Shown: positions 37,841 to 48,555, numbered from the stretch's first letter. The stretch is 64,000 nucleotides of DNA from an uncultured virus (IMG/VR IMGVR_UViG_3300049442_000166) (IMGVR_UViG_3300049442_000166), one strand, 5' to 3'. Notes: generated by a model from the sequence alone, not told the origin. Made by a program: numbers and translations.

Positions 37841-39334
37841 ATGTCCGAGCCCCTCACCCTCCGTGAATACCAAGTCGCCGACATCGAGCGGCTGCGGGAC
37901 GCGTTCCGCGGTGGCGCCCGCGCGCCGCTGTACCAGCTCAGCACGGGCGGCGGAAAGACGGTGGTCTTCGCCCACATCATCAAAGGCGCGGTGGCCAAAG
38001 GGACACGCACCCTGGTCCTGGCGCATCGCCGCGAGCTGATCCGGCAGGCCTCCGCGAAGCTGACCGACCTGGGCGTGGCGCACGGCATCGTCGCCGCCGG
38101 CCAGGACCGTGACCACGATGCGCAGGTCATCGTCGCCAGCATCCAGACCGTGGCGAGGCGCCTGGATCTGCTCCCCACGTTCGGCCTGATCGTGATCGAC
38201 GAGGCGCACCACGCGGTGGCCGCGACCTGGACGAAGCTTCTGGCTGGCCAGCCCGATGCCCGGCTACTCGGGGTAACGGCGACGCCAGCCCGGCTCGACG
38301 GCAAGGGCTTGGGCAAGCACTGCGGCGGGCACTTCGATGCGATCGTCTCCGGCCCGAGCATGCAGGAGCTGGTCGACCAGGGCTTCCTGGCGCCGACCCG
38401 GGTCTTCATCCCGAGCGCCACGATCGACACCCAGGGCCTGCGCACGATCGCGGGCGACTATGACGAGGGCCAGCTGGAGGAGCGCGCGCAGGGCGTGACC
38501 GGCGACGCGGTGGAGGAATTCAAGAAGCTGCCCGAGGGCACCACCGCGATGGTGTTCTGCGTCACCGTCAAGCATGCCCAAGACGTCGCCCAGGCCTTCC
38601 AGAACGCCGGCTACCGGGCGCAGGCTGTCCACGGTGGACTGCCCAAGGACGAGCGGGACATCGCCATCCAGGGCCTCTCAGACGGTCGCACGCAGGTGCT
38701 CACCTCGTGTGAGATCATCTCCGAGGGCCTGGATGTGCCGAGCGTCGGCTGTGTAATTTTATTGCGCCCGACCAAGAGCCTGACCATGTGCCTGCAACAG
38801 ATCGGCCGCGGCATGCGCCCGAAGGTGGGCGGCGACCACCTCACCGTGCTCGACCACGCCAGGAACTGCTGCGAGCACGGCCTGCCGACCGAGCCGCGCG
38901 ACTGGAGCCTCGACGGGGTCGACAAGAAGCCGGGCAAGGTGACCAAGCCGGCGCCGTGGGATTGCATCGCGTGCGGCGTGCTGAACCCGGCGCAGCGGCC
39001 GACCTGCTCCAACTGCGGCGCGCTGAAGCCTTGGCTGTGCAACCAGTGCGGCCAGCGCAACCACGCCGATCGGCGTAGCTGCTCGCAGTGCGGTGCGCTC
39101 CGGCCGCAGCCGCGCAAGATCCTGGAAATGGACGGCGCGCCGATGAAGGAGCTGGTCGTCGATCAGTACGCCTACATCACGAGGATGAGCTACCGCCAGC
39201 TGCTGCGCGCGCGGCGCACCGAGGAGGAGCTTCAGGCGTATGCCCGGTCGCATGGTTACAAGCCGGGATGGGTGTGGTGGAAGATGAAGGAGCAGGAGGA
39301 GACGTTCGCGCCGCAGCAGGAGAGGAGGGCATGA
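37841..39334 (+). CDS. SF2 DEAH-box helicase with C-terminal zinc ribbons
   Basis: LREYQ, STGGGKT, DEAHH, TATP, EGLDVP, QQIGRGMR. Confidence 0.95.
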   Translation: MSEPLTLREYQVADIERLRDAFRGGARAPLYQLSTGGGKTVVFAHIIKGAVAKGTRTLVLAHRRELIRQASAKLTDLGVAHGIVAAGQDRDHDAQVIVASIQTVARRLDLLPTFGLIVIDEAHHAVAATWTKLLAGQPDARLLGVTATPARLDGKGLGKHCGGHFDAIVSGPSMQELVDQGFLAPTRVFIPSATIDTQGLRTIAGDYDEGQLEERAQGVTGDAVEEFKKLPEGTTAMVFCVTVKHAQDVAQAFQNAGYRAQAVHGGLPKDERDIAIQGLSDGRTQVLTSCEIISEGLDVPSVGCVILLRPTKSLTMCLQQIGRGMRPKVGGDHLTVLDHARNCCEHGLPTEPRDWSLDGVDKKPGKVTKPAPWDCIACGVLNPAQRPTCSNCGALKPWLCNQCGQRNHADRRSCSQCGALRPQPRKILEMDGAPMKELVVDQYAYITRMSYRQLLRARRTEEELQAYARSHGYKPGWVWWKMKEQEETFAPQQERRA

Positions 39335-39341
39335 CCACGCC

Positions 39342-39890
39342 GTGATCACGCTCCAGCCGATCCGCTTTCCGAGGCCGGTGGCGATCCCGGTGTGGACCGA
39401 CGACTACGCCGACCTCCCCGAGCGCATCCGCAGAGCTGGCCGCTTCGATACCGAGGATATCTGGCTGGCGCATTCCGGCGATAGCTGGGAGGCGTTCTGC
39501 AATCGCCACGGCACCTACCAATTCAACATGGATTTTCGGGAGCTGGAGCAGCGCGATCGTGCCACGAAAGCCAGAGCTGAGAGCCGCTACACGGCGCGTG
39601 TGCGGCAGCAACAGGAGCTGTGGGAAGCGGCGCGGCGCGAGCGCGAGCAGGCCAAGCAGGCCGAAGCCGATCGCGAGTGGCAGGCGATCGAGGCAGTGAA
39701 GACGTATTGGTCGCAGCGCAATCCCGCCTATGCGACGGAGCAGTATCACCGCGTCAATATCGGTGTGACCGGCAAGATCGATGGCGTCGAGCTGCTGGGC
39801 GGTAAGAGCTACTGGGTGCCCCAGTCGATCGCCCGGCGGTTGCGCGCCTACCTGAAAGCCCACAACCTGGAAACAGTGACCGGCCTATGA
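39342..39890 (+). CDS. Hypothetical protein
   Basis: 182 aa with a coiled coil; start uncertain. Confidence 0.45.
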   Translation: MITLQPIRFPRPVAIPVWTDDYADLPERIRRAGRFDTEDIWLAHSGDSWEAFCNRHGTYQFNMDFRELEQRDRATKARAESRYTARVRQQQELWEAARREREQAKQAEADREWQAIEAVKTYWSQRNPAYATEQYHRVNIGVTGKIDGVELLGGKSYWVPQSIARRLRAYLKAHNLETVTGL

Positions 39891-39905
39891 GGGATCTCAT
39901 CCGGG

Positions 39906-40112
39906 ATGGCCCAGCAACGCCGCAAACCGCGCCCGATCTCCGACGAGGAGCGCGCGGAGATCTACCGGTTGGCGGAGGAGGGCGCGCCCTACAAGGAGAT
40001 CGCCGCGCGGTTCGACCGGCCGCAGGGAACCATCAACCAAACGCTCAGCGACGGCATCCTGGCGGGCAAAGTGACCCGCCGCCGGAGCCGTGAGGAGCCG
40101 CGGAAGGGCTGA
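39906..40112 (+). CDS. Small HTH protein
   Basis: EERAEIYRL..EG..YKEIAARFDRPQGTI. Confidence 0.65.
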   Translation: MAQQRRKPRPISDEERAEIYRLAEEGAPYKEIAARFDRPQGTINQTLSDGILAGKVTRRRSREEPRKG

Positions 40113-40580
40113 ACCGGCGAAAAAGCCGGCGAAAATGCAGGAAAGGCCGGCGAGAAAGCGCAAAACACGCAAAACCCCGGCGTGAAACACGCAAAACACG
40201 CAAAACCATGGCGAAAAGGCCGAGGGACACAAAAGCCCGGCGGATTTAATGTCCGCCGTTTTCCCAGGTATAGGTTCATGCTTTGTTCGGCCGACTTATT
40301 GGCAACGAGTTTCGGACAAAATGTCAGGTCAGCAACCAGTCCGGCACGCCGACCAGCTCTTCGTCCACCTGGAGCCGGTGCTCCCGACAGGCGTACACGG
40401 TAGGCCGGTGCGGCGGCACCAGTGGGTGGCCGAAGCCGAACCAAGCACGGTCCGATCCACAGACGGCGCAACGGCGGGCCTGGAGAGGGGCTACAGCGGC
40501 CTGGGGGCCACCCGGGCCCGCCAGCAGCGGCCGAGGCCTCGGCGCCGTCCTGGGGCTCCTGGGGCGTCGCGTGGCCGGCA

Positions 40581-40802
40581 TCAGGCGTCCTGCTTGGCTG
40601 TGGCTATGGGTGTCGGGCCGTAGACATCCGGCCGCAGCTTGTAGCGCGACACGCCGGTCAGGTGCTCGATCGCCAGCACGCGTGTGGCTGGTGCTTTCTT
40701 CCACCGCAAGATCGGGACGTGCGCCATGCGCAACTGACGCGCCAGGGCACGCACGCCACCAGCGCGACGAATAGCCTCGGCTAAGGGTTTATCAGCAACC
40801 AT
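40581..40802 (-). CDS. Cro/YdaS-like regulator
   Basis: AI..AGG..ALA..L......W...P..RVLAIE..TGVSR..LRPDVY. Confidence 0.8.
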   Translation of the reverse strand: MVADKPLAEAIRRAGGVRALARQLRMAHVPILRWKKAPATRVLAIEHLTGVSRYKLRPDVYGPTPIATAKQDA

Positions 40803-40862
40803 AGCGACGCAGATACCACACCAGCGATCGCTTTGGTAGTATGTTGACACCGGGGTGATGAT

Positions 40863-41636
40863 ATGCTTAGGATACCGGTCATCCTGCCACCCCAAGGAGA
40901 CCATCCTGTGACCGCCCAAAGGCTTCATTCCTATCATGGGGTAGACCAGTCTACCCCTGATCCGCGAGACTTATCAGACGAGGACTGCAAACTTGTGAAG
41001 CTCGGCATCGCCGCGTTTCGGCGCGTCAGGAGCGGCGCTCATCGCGAGGACTGGCTCCGCATCGGTCGCAGCCTCAACGCCCTGCAACATGCCGCCATGG
41101 CTGCCGCCGGCACCACCGAGCCGATCGGAACACGCTACAACGAGTGCCACCGCCACTATGCGAGGAAGCTGCACGCCACCGATATGCTCATCGGCCTGGA
41201 TAAACCCACCAAGGCGCACGCGATGTGGTTGGCGCGCAATTGGCCAACCATCGAGGTGTGGCTGATCAAGCTTACCGAAGACCGCCGCAACAAGCTCAAC
41301 AATCCAACCACCATACGGCGGCACTTCGACAAAGACACCACCACCAAGTCCGACCTGGAGAAGCTGACGGAGACACCGAGCCTCAGCGTCCGCCACGCGC
41401 TACTGCAAAACGAGAACCTGGAACTTCAGGTCGAGAACGCTGACCTGCGCAAGTTCAACTCGACCTTTCTGCCGGCGGGGATGTCGATGGAGGAGGTGGC
41501 TCGCGCCATCGCCGCCGAGCACACGCCGGACCAGCTGCGCGGGCTGGTTTCTGCGCTACAGGCCATCCTCGATGATCCCTGGCACGACGATCTGCCGCAT
41601 CCCAGCGAACCGGATGCGGTCGAGCGCTCGATCTGA
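40863..41636 (+). CDS. Hypothetical protein
   Basis: Divergent from cro; probable start is GTG at 40908 after AAGGAG. Confidence 0.5.
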   Translation: MLRIPVILPPQGDHPVTAQRLHSYHGVDQSTPDPRDLSDEDCKLVKLGIAAFRRVRSGAHREDWLRIGRSLNALQHAAMAAAGTTEPIGTRYNECHRHYARKLHATDMLIGLDKPTKAHAMWLARNWPTIEVWLIKLTEDRRNKLNNPTTIRRHFDKDTTTKSDLEKLTETPSLSVRHALLQNENLELQVENADLRKFNSTFLPAGMSMEEVARAIAAEHTPDQLRGLVSALQAILDDPWHDDLPHPSEPDAVERSI

Positions 41637-41653
41637 CACGGAGGAGGATCTCG

Positions 41654-42433
41654 ATGAGCGAAACAGCTGAAGCATTGGCGGGCCGCCCCGTCGCCCGCAT
41701 GACCGAGGCCGAGTACGAGAAGGAGCGTGCGCGGCTGCGCGACCTTCACGGCGACAGCCCGGTGCAGGCGGCAGCAAAGCGCGACCAAGCGATGGCGTTG
41801 CTGTTCGCCCGCTCCGGCTGGACCCAGGAAGAGCTGGCGAGAAAGGAAGACAAAGGACAGGCATGGATTGCCTTGCGTCTGCGCTTCGGTAGATTTCTCA
41901 ATTTTAATACTACAGATGTAGTAAATGCCGAAGGCATACCAAACAATCTCACTGAGGGAAGGTTTAGGGGTTATTGGGAGCGCACCGACAAACAAGACAC
42001 CGAGCGTCAGCGTTTCGACGCCGTGCGTGAGATGATCACGGCCGCGCCAACGCAGCGCATCGTGCGCCCCGTGCTGGCCCCTACCATCGTCAAAGAGTTC
42101 GGCGATGGTGAATGGCATCACCTCAAGGACATCGCCAGTACCGTTGCCGATGGCGACGAGGAGTACGTCACCTCGTCGCTCGGCATGATGCTCAAGTACG
42201 TCGTCCACGATGCCAAGGCGGAGAAGCGCAAGCACGGCACATCATACGAATACCGGATCTTCAAGGGAGCTGCCTCCAGGGTGGTGGCACTGAAGGAGAT
42301 CCGCACGAAACTCGGCCCACTGATCAAGGAGCTAAAGGCAGAAGGCAAGAAGAACATGGCCACCATGTCACCGTTCACGGTGGCCAGGATCGCCGGCCTT
42401 CTGGAACGCCAGCTCGATGAGTGGACCAAGTGA
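41654..42433 (+). CDS. Putative DNA-binding protein
   Basis: GWTQEELA...QAWI HTH-like segment; GGAGG RBS. Confidence 0.5.
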   Translation: MSETAEALAGRPVARMTEAEYEKERARLRDLHGDSPVQAAAKRDQAMALLFARSGWTQEELARKEDKGQAWIALRLRFGRFLNFNTTDVVNAEGIPNNLTEGRFRGYWERTDKQDTERQRFDAVREMITAAPTQRIVRPVLAPTIVKEFGDGEWHHLKDIASTVADGDEEYVTSSLGMMLKYVVHDAKAEKRKHGTSYEYRIFKGAASRVVALKEIRTKLGPLIKELKAEGKKNMATMSPFTVARIAGLLERQLDEWTK

Positions 42434-42504
42434 CCGCCGAGCGTGTCAGAGGACACGCGTCTCGCGCGGCTTCCACCACCCCAGTCCTCAGGAGCCTACC
42501 GACT

Positions 42505-43383
42505 ATGTCCGATGTCCATTTTCGGTTGATCAAGTCAGAGCACATGCCTCTGACCAAGCCGCTCGCTGAGCAGTTCCGCTGCATGCGAGCGTCTCCCACC
42601 GAGCGTGAGCTTGACGAAGGTCACGTCAAGCATCTGCACGAGAAGTTCGTCGCCGGGCACGCGGTGCCGTTTTACTGGGTCACCGCAATCCTGAACGGTG
42701 TCGAGGTGCGGATGAACGGCAACCACAGCAGCAACGCGCTGTGTCAGCTGAATGGCGCCTTCCCCGAGGGACTGATGGTCCACCGGGACACCTTCGAGGT
42801 GCCCAACGAGGACAGTCTGGCGCTGTTGTTCCGCCAGTTCGACGATCGCAAGTCAGGGCGCAGCAAGGAGGACGTCTCTGGTGCCTACCAGGGGCTCTAC
42901 GAACCGCTGCGGGATGTGCCCCGGTGGATCGCTAAGCTGGGCGCCGAAGGTATCGCGTGGCACGAGCGCTTCGCGATGCAGGTATCCGTGCCGATCGGCG
43001 ACGACATCTACACGCTGTTCGCCGACCCGAAGTACCACACGTTCCTGCGCTGGCTCGGGGAGACCTTGACGGTCAAGACCCCCGAGATGCGCAAGGCCTC
43101 GGTGGTGGCGACGATGTACGGCACGTTCGTCGCCAACGAGCCTGCGGCGCGGGAGTTCTGGTCGAGCGTCGCTCGCGGGGGTGTCGAGTTCGATGACAAC
43201 GCCCCCGCCACGGTGCTGGACACATGGCTCAAGCAGCAGAAGGACAAGAAGAAGAAGCTGGGTCTGACACCGGCCCAGTTCTGGCAGGGCTGTGCCTACT
43301 GCTGGACCGCGTTCCGTGACGCCAAGTCACTCAAGGACGTCAAGTACGACACCAGCAAGGGTCTGCATCCCATCCAGCACTGA
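42505..43383 (+). CDS. ParB/Srx-like domain protein
   Basis: ER.L...HV..L...RMNGNHS; AGGAG RBS. Confidence 0.45.
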   Translation: MSDVHFRLIKSEHMPLTKPLAEQFRCMRASPTERELDEGHVKHLHEKFVAGHAVPFYWVTAILNGVEVRMNGNHSSNALCQLNGAFPEGLMVHRDTFEVPNEDSLALLFRQFDDRKSGRSKEDVSGAYQGLYEPLRDVPRWIAKLGAEGIAWHERFAMQVSVPIGDDIYTLFADPKYHTFLRWLGETLTVKTPEMRKASVVATMYGTFVANEPAAREFWSSVARGGVEFDDNAPATVLDTWLKQQKDKKKKLGLTPAQFWQGCAYCWTAFRDAKSLKDVKYDTSKGLHPIQH

Positions 43384-43398
43384 TCCTTGAATGACGAC

Positions 43399-43432
43399 GA
43401 AGGGGCGGCCCTCTCGGGGGCCGCCCAACCTT
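43399..43432 (+). terminator. GC-rich hairpin, possible terminator
   Basis: gggcggccc-tctcg-ggggccgccc after the stop codon; U-tract weak. Confidence 0.4.
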
Positions 43433-44329
43433 CGTTACAGCATCCAATAGGCACTGAGATGAACATCTGTCGCGACTGCCGGTGGGTCAGGCCACCGGCT
43501 GACTATCCGCGCTGCGGTCATCCGTCGTCCGCTAGGCCATCACGCCAGGACGTCGTCACCGGCAAGATCTCCCCCGCCGAGCAAATAGCCTGCGACTTCG
43601 CCCGCATGCATTGGTCTGACCGCCTCAACAACTGCGGTCCGGATGGCAAGCACTGGGAGGCGGCTGAGATGCCGGGCTTCCGATGAACCTCGGGCTGTGG
43701 TTCCTCCTCTGGATGGGCGGCTGGGGCCTGTTGATCGTCAGCGCCATCTGCTTCGACCGCATCGCGGTGTTCGTGCTCGGCGCCATCAATGCGCCGTTCT
43801 ACGAGGACGCCCGCCGCGTCGCCGGCATGATCTACCAGCACCCGGAGCAGTGGTCGATCGGGCATGACACCCTGAAGCACCCGACGCTCGGCGTGATCCG
43901 CTGGACCACTACGGCCAGCATCCTGCGGATCGATGGCGGGGCGTTCGGCGAGTGGCACCCGAGCTGGGTCGAGCGGCGCATCCTCTACAACGCCTGCCGG
44001 TGGCATCAGCGCAACGCCATCCGCCACGCCCTGGGTGGGTAGGCTGGTTGTATATACGGGCGTGCGGCGCCGCGCCAAAACCCTATAACTTCATACTACG
44101 GGGGGCCCCCCAAGAGGGGCCCCTATATACGTAGTATATAGGCACAACACGCCGCATTTCGTTTCACCAATCTTTTCAACGACATAGCCTAGGCACGACG
44201 CACCTCAAAATTTATAGCACGCTGTCGCCTTTAGGTTGGTATTTCACTATCTGCGGTAGGCGTGTTTCGCTTATATGGTGTGCTGTCATAACATTGTCGT
44301 TCCGACATTCTTTATCACGAACTCAATGT

Positions 44330-45616
44330 TTATTGGGGTTCGCTGTCAGCCGACGAGATGCTGTCGCCTTTAGGTTGCACTTCTTCCATCTGCTTTCGGC
44401 GGTATTTCTCGACATATCGGAGACGCCCTTCCGCCTCCAGCTCACGCATTGCCCGCAGGTATTGATCCTGCCGGTAGGGCTTGCCGTCCGGGTGGTTGGC
44501 AAACACCTCGGGGGCGAACGTTCCCTTGTGGTTACGACTATCGTTCACATGCTTGCCGATCGCGATCGTTGCGCGCAGCAACTCTAGGAACTTTTCTCGG
44601 CACGCCTGTTTGGCAAACGGCCCGCGCGCCTTGGCCTTCTCCGGATCGAGTGCGCCAGTGGTGAAGACGCCGTGGTCACAGACCAGATCCAGCACCTTGC
44701 CGGGCGGCGCGTAGTTCGATTTCCACAACGTCAGCTGCCGGTCCTTCCCGTCGACCTGGGGCTTGCTATCGTCGGACGCCTCCTCGACGCGGGTGAGCGC
44801 GATGCGCGCCCTGACGCCGCCCTCCCAGCCGGTGCTGCCGCTGTCCATGCGCCCGCTGTCGCGTCCCTTCGCGCTGGGATGCGCGGTGATCACGATACCG
44901 CAGCCGCGCACGATAGAGATCGCGTCTAACTTCCTGAGAAACCGCGATACTTGCCGGCGATCGATCTCGCTGCCGCCGAAGAAGTGTGGTGCCGTGTCGA
45001 GACAGGCCAACGCCGCACCGGTTTGCTGGATTGTCATGTCAAACCGCTTTAAGGCACGCGTCTGGTACATTGAGTTTCTTTCAAATGTGACGAACTCAAG
45101 GTCGTCGTGCCCGACCAGCGAGGCGTAGTGGAAGTCAGGGAACTCGCTGAGGTACATGCCGTGGTGGCTGGCGATCCTGGCGGCGCGGCGCGCGATCTCG
45201 ACGGCGGTGTCCTCACAGAACAGACCGAACACCGGCATGCGCTCCAGCTGGTAGCCGAGGAACGGCAACCCCAGAGATGTCGACATCAGCAGCTGGATCA
45301 AGAAATCTGTTTTGTTCACGCCCGGCGGCCCGTAGAGACCGGTCACCTGCTCGCGGGGTATCCAATCAGGGATAACCCACAGACGGTCAGGCAGCTCAGC
45401 TTCGTTCCAGTCAGAGATGCGGCGATCGATCCACTCGACGTCCGGTAGCTGGTGGCCGTCGTAGATGTTGGGCTTTTCTTCGACGATCAGTCGCGGGTCT
45501 TCGTGATCGTGCCCATTACCGTTGCCGTTCTTCCCGCGCCCCCTCGGTGGGGGGAAAAACGGAATACTGTAGTCTCGTTCTGGGCCTTTCCCGGGACGCT
45601 TGCCGTTCCCGCTCAT
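44330..45616 (-). CDS. RepA-like AAA helicase (AAA_25 type)
   Basis: WVIPDWIP, GPPGVNKT, CED, CLDT, AHPS, SGSTGWEG.VR, KSNY. Confidence 0.85.
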   Translation of the reverse strand: MSGNGKRPGKGPERDYSIPFFPPPRGRGKNGNGNGHDHEDPRLIVEEKPNIYDGHQLPDVEWIDRRISDWNEAELPDRLWVIPDWIPREQVTGLYGPPGVNKTDFLIQLLMSTSLGLPFLGYQLERMPVFGLFCEDTAVEIARRAARIASHHGMYLSEFPDFHYASLVGHDDLEFVTFERNSMYQTRALKRFDMTIQQTGAALACLDTAPHFFGGSEIDRRQVSRFLRKLDAISIVRGCGIVITAHPSAKGRDSGRMDSGSTGWEGGVRARIALTRVEEASDDSKPQVDGKDRQLTLWKSNYAPPGKVLDLVCDHGVFTTGALDPEKAKARGPFAKQACREKFLELLRATIAIGKHVNDSRNHKGTFAPEVFANHPDGKPYRQDQYLRAMRELEAEGRLRYVEKYRRKQMEEVQPKGDSISSADSEPQ

Positions 45617-46315
45617 GGTGTGCGTCCTCCCTGAATATGGTTGTTCTTGAGCCAGTTGCTCCACTCGTCGGCTGTCTCCGCTTCGAAGACCGCGGCGCTC
45701 AGATTGATGGTGATGAACTCCTCCAGCTCGTGCAGCTGGTGGTCTGGTAGGTGCAGCGCGCCGTAGTTGCGGGCGTAGCGCATGATGGCGTCCCAAGCGC
45801 CGCTGAAGCTCTCCACACCGGCCGCGACGCAGCGTGCCTGGGCGACGCAGAGCCGGGTCAGCCGCGGGGTGAGGTGCTCCCAGAATGTCTCGGCAAATGG
45901 CGCGTGCTCGCTCATGGCCGCACCCACGGCGCAGCGGTCAGCGAAGCTGTGAACAGTCTGTATTGGAAATATCGCTTGCAGTGCAGCGCAAAGCCGGATA
46001 AGCGCGCATAGACCATCAAACGTTTTCCTTTGCGGGGCACGTTGTTGGACTTCGCGGCGCCGTTCCCTGGCCGGGCGGCGCCGCAACTACGTCAGGCTCT
46101 GTTCATTCGCCCCTCTGGCCTAGAGCGAACCCCCGGCATACGCTCACGAGCCGGCGCCTCGCAACCCAAACCACGCTGGTTTTTCACGCAACTTTCTTGC
46201 GTTCCAACGGTTCGCAAGATGTAGGGTGTCAGCTTATACTCCTCCACCAAGAGTTGTGTCTGACATCTTATCGAGATGCCGTGCCTATTGTTCATACGAA
46301 ATGAAGGAGTGAGGA

Positions 46316-46993
46316 ATGCCAACAGTTGTTCTGCGCAACGCCACTATCGTCGGTGAGCTGGAAACATCGCCGGGCGCCCCATCACACCCGATCGCTCCCG
46401 GCGGTCAGCCGCCCGGCATCTGGGGTGGTGCGCCGCCCTACGTCGACATCGGCTTTCCCGGACCGCAGCCGGGCCAGCCCCCCAGCGTCTGGCGGCCGAC
46501 GTTCCCGACCAATCCGATTGTGATCCCACCGGATGCGATCTCGCCCGGCGTGCCGACGCACCCGATCTACATCCCAGTTTATCCGTCTCAGGGACCGGGC
46601 TTTCCGACAAATCCTATCGTCATCCCACCCAACGCTATTGGCCCCGGGGTGCCGACCCACCCGATCGTGCTGCCGCCGCCTGGGTCACCGAGCCATCCGA
46701 TCGTGATCCCGCCGGATGCCATTGAGCCGGGCGTGCCGACGCACCCGATCGTGCTGCCGCCGTCACCGCCGCTGACCATCTGGGGCGGTCCGTTCAATCC
46801 GCCGCAGATCTGGGGCGGTGCGCCTCCTTATGTCGACATCGGTTTCCCTGGACCGCAGCCGCCTGCCGCTGGCGGTGGCAAATGGGTGTTCTCGCCGGTC
46901 TACGGCTGGGTGATCGATCCCAGCCCGCAGGGCGGCAAGCCGGTGCCACCCGGGCCTGGAACACCGACGCCTGAGACCAAGCGCGGCGGCTGA
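46316..46993 (+). CDS. Proline-rich repeat protein
   Basis: P(T/S)(H/N)PI repeats and duplicated IWGGAPPYVDIGFPGPQP; AAGGAG RBS. Confidence 0.65.
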   Translation: MPTVVLRNATIVGELETSPGAPSHPIAPGGQPPGIWGGAPPYVDIGFPGPQPGQPPSVWRPTFPTNPIVIPPDAISPGVPTHPIYIPVYPSQGPGFPTNPIVIPPNAIGPGVPTHPIVLPPPGSPSHPIVIPPDAIEPGVPTHPIVLPPSPPLTIWGGPFNPPQIWGGAPPYVDIGFPGPQPPAAGGGKWVFSPVYGWVIDPSPQGGKPVPPGPGTPTPETKRGG

Positions 46994-47010
46994 ATTGCTA
47001 GACTGAAGCT

Positions 47011-47382
47011 GTGGTGGCGTTCGTATCTACGCATCATGAGCGGCACATAGGCAAGGCCGTAGGGACCGGCCACTGTGTGTCGCTGGTGCGTGAGGTGACG
47101 GGCGCACCCATTACAACGCAATGGCGACGCGGTGATCCGGTGCGGGGCTCAGGCTGTGCACCGGGTACCGCGATTGCCACGTTCGATCCTTCCGGCCGCT
47201 ACGGCAATCACGTCGATGGCCGATCGCACGCTGCCATCCTGATTGCCGAGACCGACGAGGGACTGCTGGTGTGCGACCAGTGGATCGGTCAGCTGGTGCA
47301 GCACCGGACCATCCAATTCCGCAACGGCGAGGGCAAGGCGGCGGACGACGGCGACCGCTTCTATGTAGTCGAGATGGCCTGA
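47011..47382 (+). CDS. BPSL0067/Tae-like peptidoglycan amidase, putative endolysin
   Basis: GHCVSLVR...PGTAIATF...SHAAI...DQW (Cys/His dyad). Confidence 0.75.
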   Translation: MVAFVSTHHERHIGKAVGTGHCVSLVREVTGAPITTQWRRGDPVRGSGCAPGTAIATFDPSGRYGNHVDGRSHAAILIAETDEGLLVCDQWIGQLVQHRTIQFRNGEGKAADDGDRFYVVEMA

Positions 47383-47397
47383 CTTTGGTCGTCACCG

Positions 47398-47655
47398 ATG
47401 GCACGTCAGCCCTTCTCGATGCTGCGTGCGTGCTTCTACCTGCTGGCCGTCGTCGTCCTGATCATGATGTTCGAGACGCTCATAGCGCTGACCGGCTGCG
47501 CCTGGATCACCGTGGTGCAGAACCGCGAACCGCTCGGAGCGTGTCAATCGATGGGTACGATGATCCGCGACATCTTCAGCGAGCTGCTCACCGGCATCCT
47601 GGCGCTGCTGGTGGCGGCGCGGAACGGTGGACCACCTAAGGCGCCACCTGAGTGA
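47398..47655 (+). CDS. Putative holin
   Basis: Small protein with two TM segments next to the amidase. Confidence 0.45.
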   Translation: MARQPFSMLRACFYLLAVVVLIMMFETLIALTGCAWITVVQNREPLGACQSMGTMIRDIFSELLTGILALLVAARNGGPPKAPPE

Positions 47656-48142
47656 CCGACAGCCCATAGGCGGCCAGCAGCAAGGCATCGGCGCGATTGC
47701 CGTCCTTCTTGCGCGCCAACCGATCGGCGACAGCCGGGTAGAGCTGGGCAGCACGCTGACGGGCCGCGTCCGGGGCCGGGCCGCAGCCGTGGTGGCGTTG
47801 CCAGTGCGTGGGCAATACCAGGGTCAGTGGCACGTCCAGGGCCGCCAGGACGCCCAGGATACTGCCGTAGGCCTGCCCGAAGCGGAACATGCTGGTGACG
47901 CCCTGGCCGGGCCGCGCAGCGACGCGCTCGACGTAGGCGTGGTCGAACGGGAGATGCTCCCACAGCACCCGGCGCAGCTGGTGCAGATCCAGCTCGGCGC
48001 GCAACCCGCGGCCGGAGGCGGTGACCATGTGCACAGGCAGGTCATCGAGCAGGACCACGCCGCCCCCGTTCAGGACCGCGAGCGCACCAGCGGTGCCAGG
48101 ATCAATACCGACGACGCGCCGCCATGTCGTGCGGTCAGGCAC
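47636..48142 (-). CDS. RuvC-like Holliday junction resolvase
   Basis: VGIDPG, YVE, SMFRFG, RADALLLA. Confidence 0.85.
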   Translation of the reverse strand: MPDRTTWRRVVGIDPGTAGALAVLNGGGVVLLDDLPVHMVTASGRGLRAELDLHQLRRVLWEHLPFDHAYVERVAARPGQGVTSMFRFGQAYGSILGVLAALDVPLTLVLPTHWQRHHGCGPAPDAARQRAAQLYPAVADRLARKKDGNRADALLLAAYGLSVTQVAP

Positions 48143-48280
48143 GCCGCCTCACCGGCTTCCGCGGTTCCTCGGGCCAGATCTCGGCGAAGTCGCGCTGCTT
48201 GGTCGGGATGTCGATACGCGCCCGCTTCCTGGCGATCATCTGTTGCTCGGCGATCGATAGCGGCTCGGGCCGCACACGGA

Positions 48281-48508
48281 TCACGCGGCCACCGCTGCCT
48301 TCGGTCGTGCTTGCTTTGTCTGCTTCTGTAACCATTTCTGGTAGTCGCCACTGGATGTCGCATAGTCCAGCAGTGCGCGCCTGAGCACCACCTTCACGCT
48401 GCGCTCCTCGGCCTTGGCCAGCTCGAACAGCAGGTCGCGGCTGTCGGTGGTGGCCCAGATGCTACTGCCAGGACCGAACTCCTGGTCGGGGCTGACTTTT
48501 CTCGGCAT
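48281..48508 (-). CDS. Ribbon-helix-helix-like regulator
   Basis: SIWAT...LL.ELAKAEERS...VLRRAL..Y; perfect operator just upstream. Confidence 0.45.
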   Translation of the reverse strand: MPRKVSPDQEFGPGSSIWATTDSRDLLFELAKAEERSVKVVLRRALLDYATSSGDYQKWLQKQTKQARPKAAVAA

Positions 48509-48540
48509 CTCTCGTGGTCCTTCGTATTTTCTGATTGCAA

Positions 48541-48555
48541 CTGATAAACCATCAG
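48541..48555. promoter_or_regulatory. Palindromic operator CTGAT-N5-ATCAG
   Basis: ctgataaaccatcag between divergent genes. Confidence 0.6.

Noticed and set aside
47636..48142. RuvC as the Tas nuclease supplied in trans
   Set aside because: It is a typical stand-alone phage resolvase, 19 kb away in the replication region, with no evidence of linkage.
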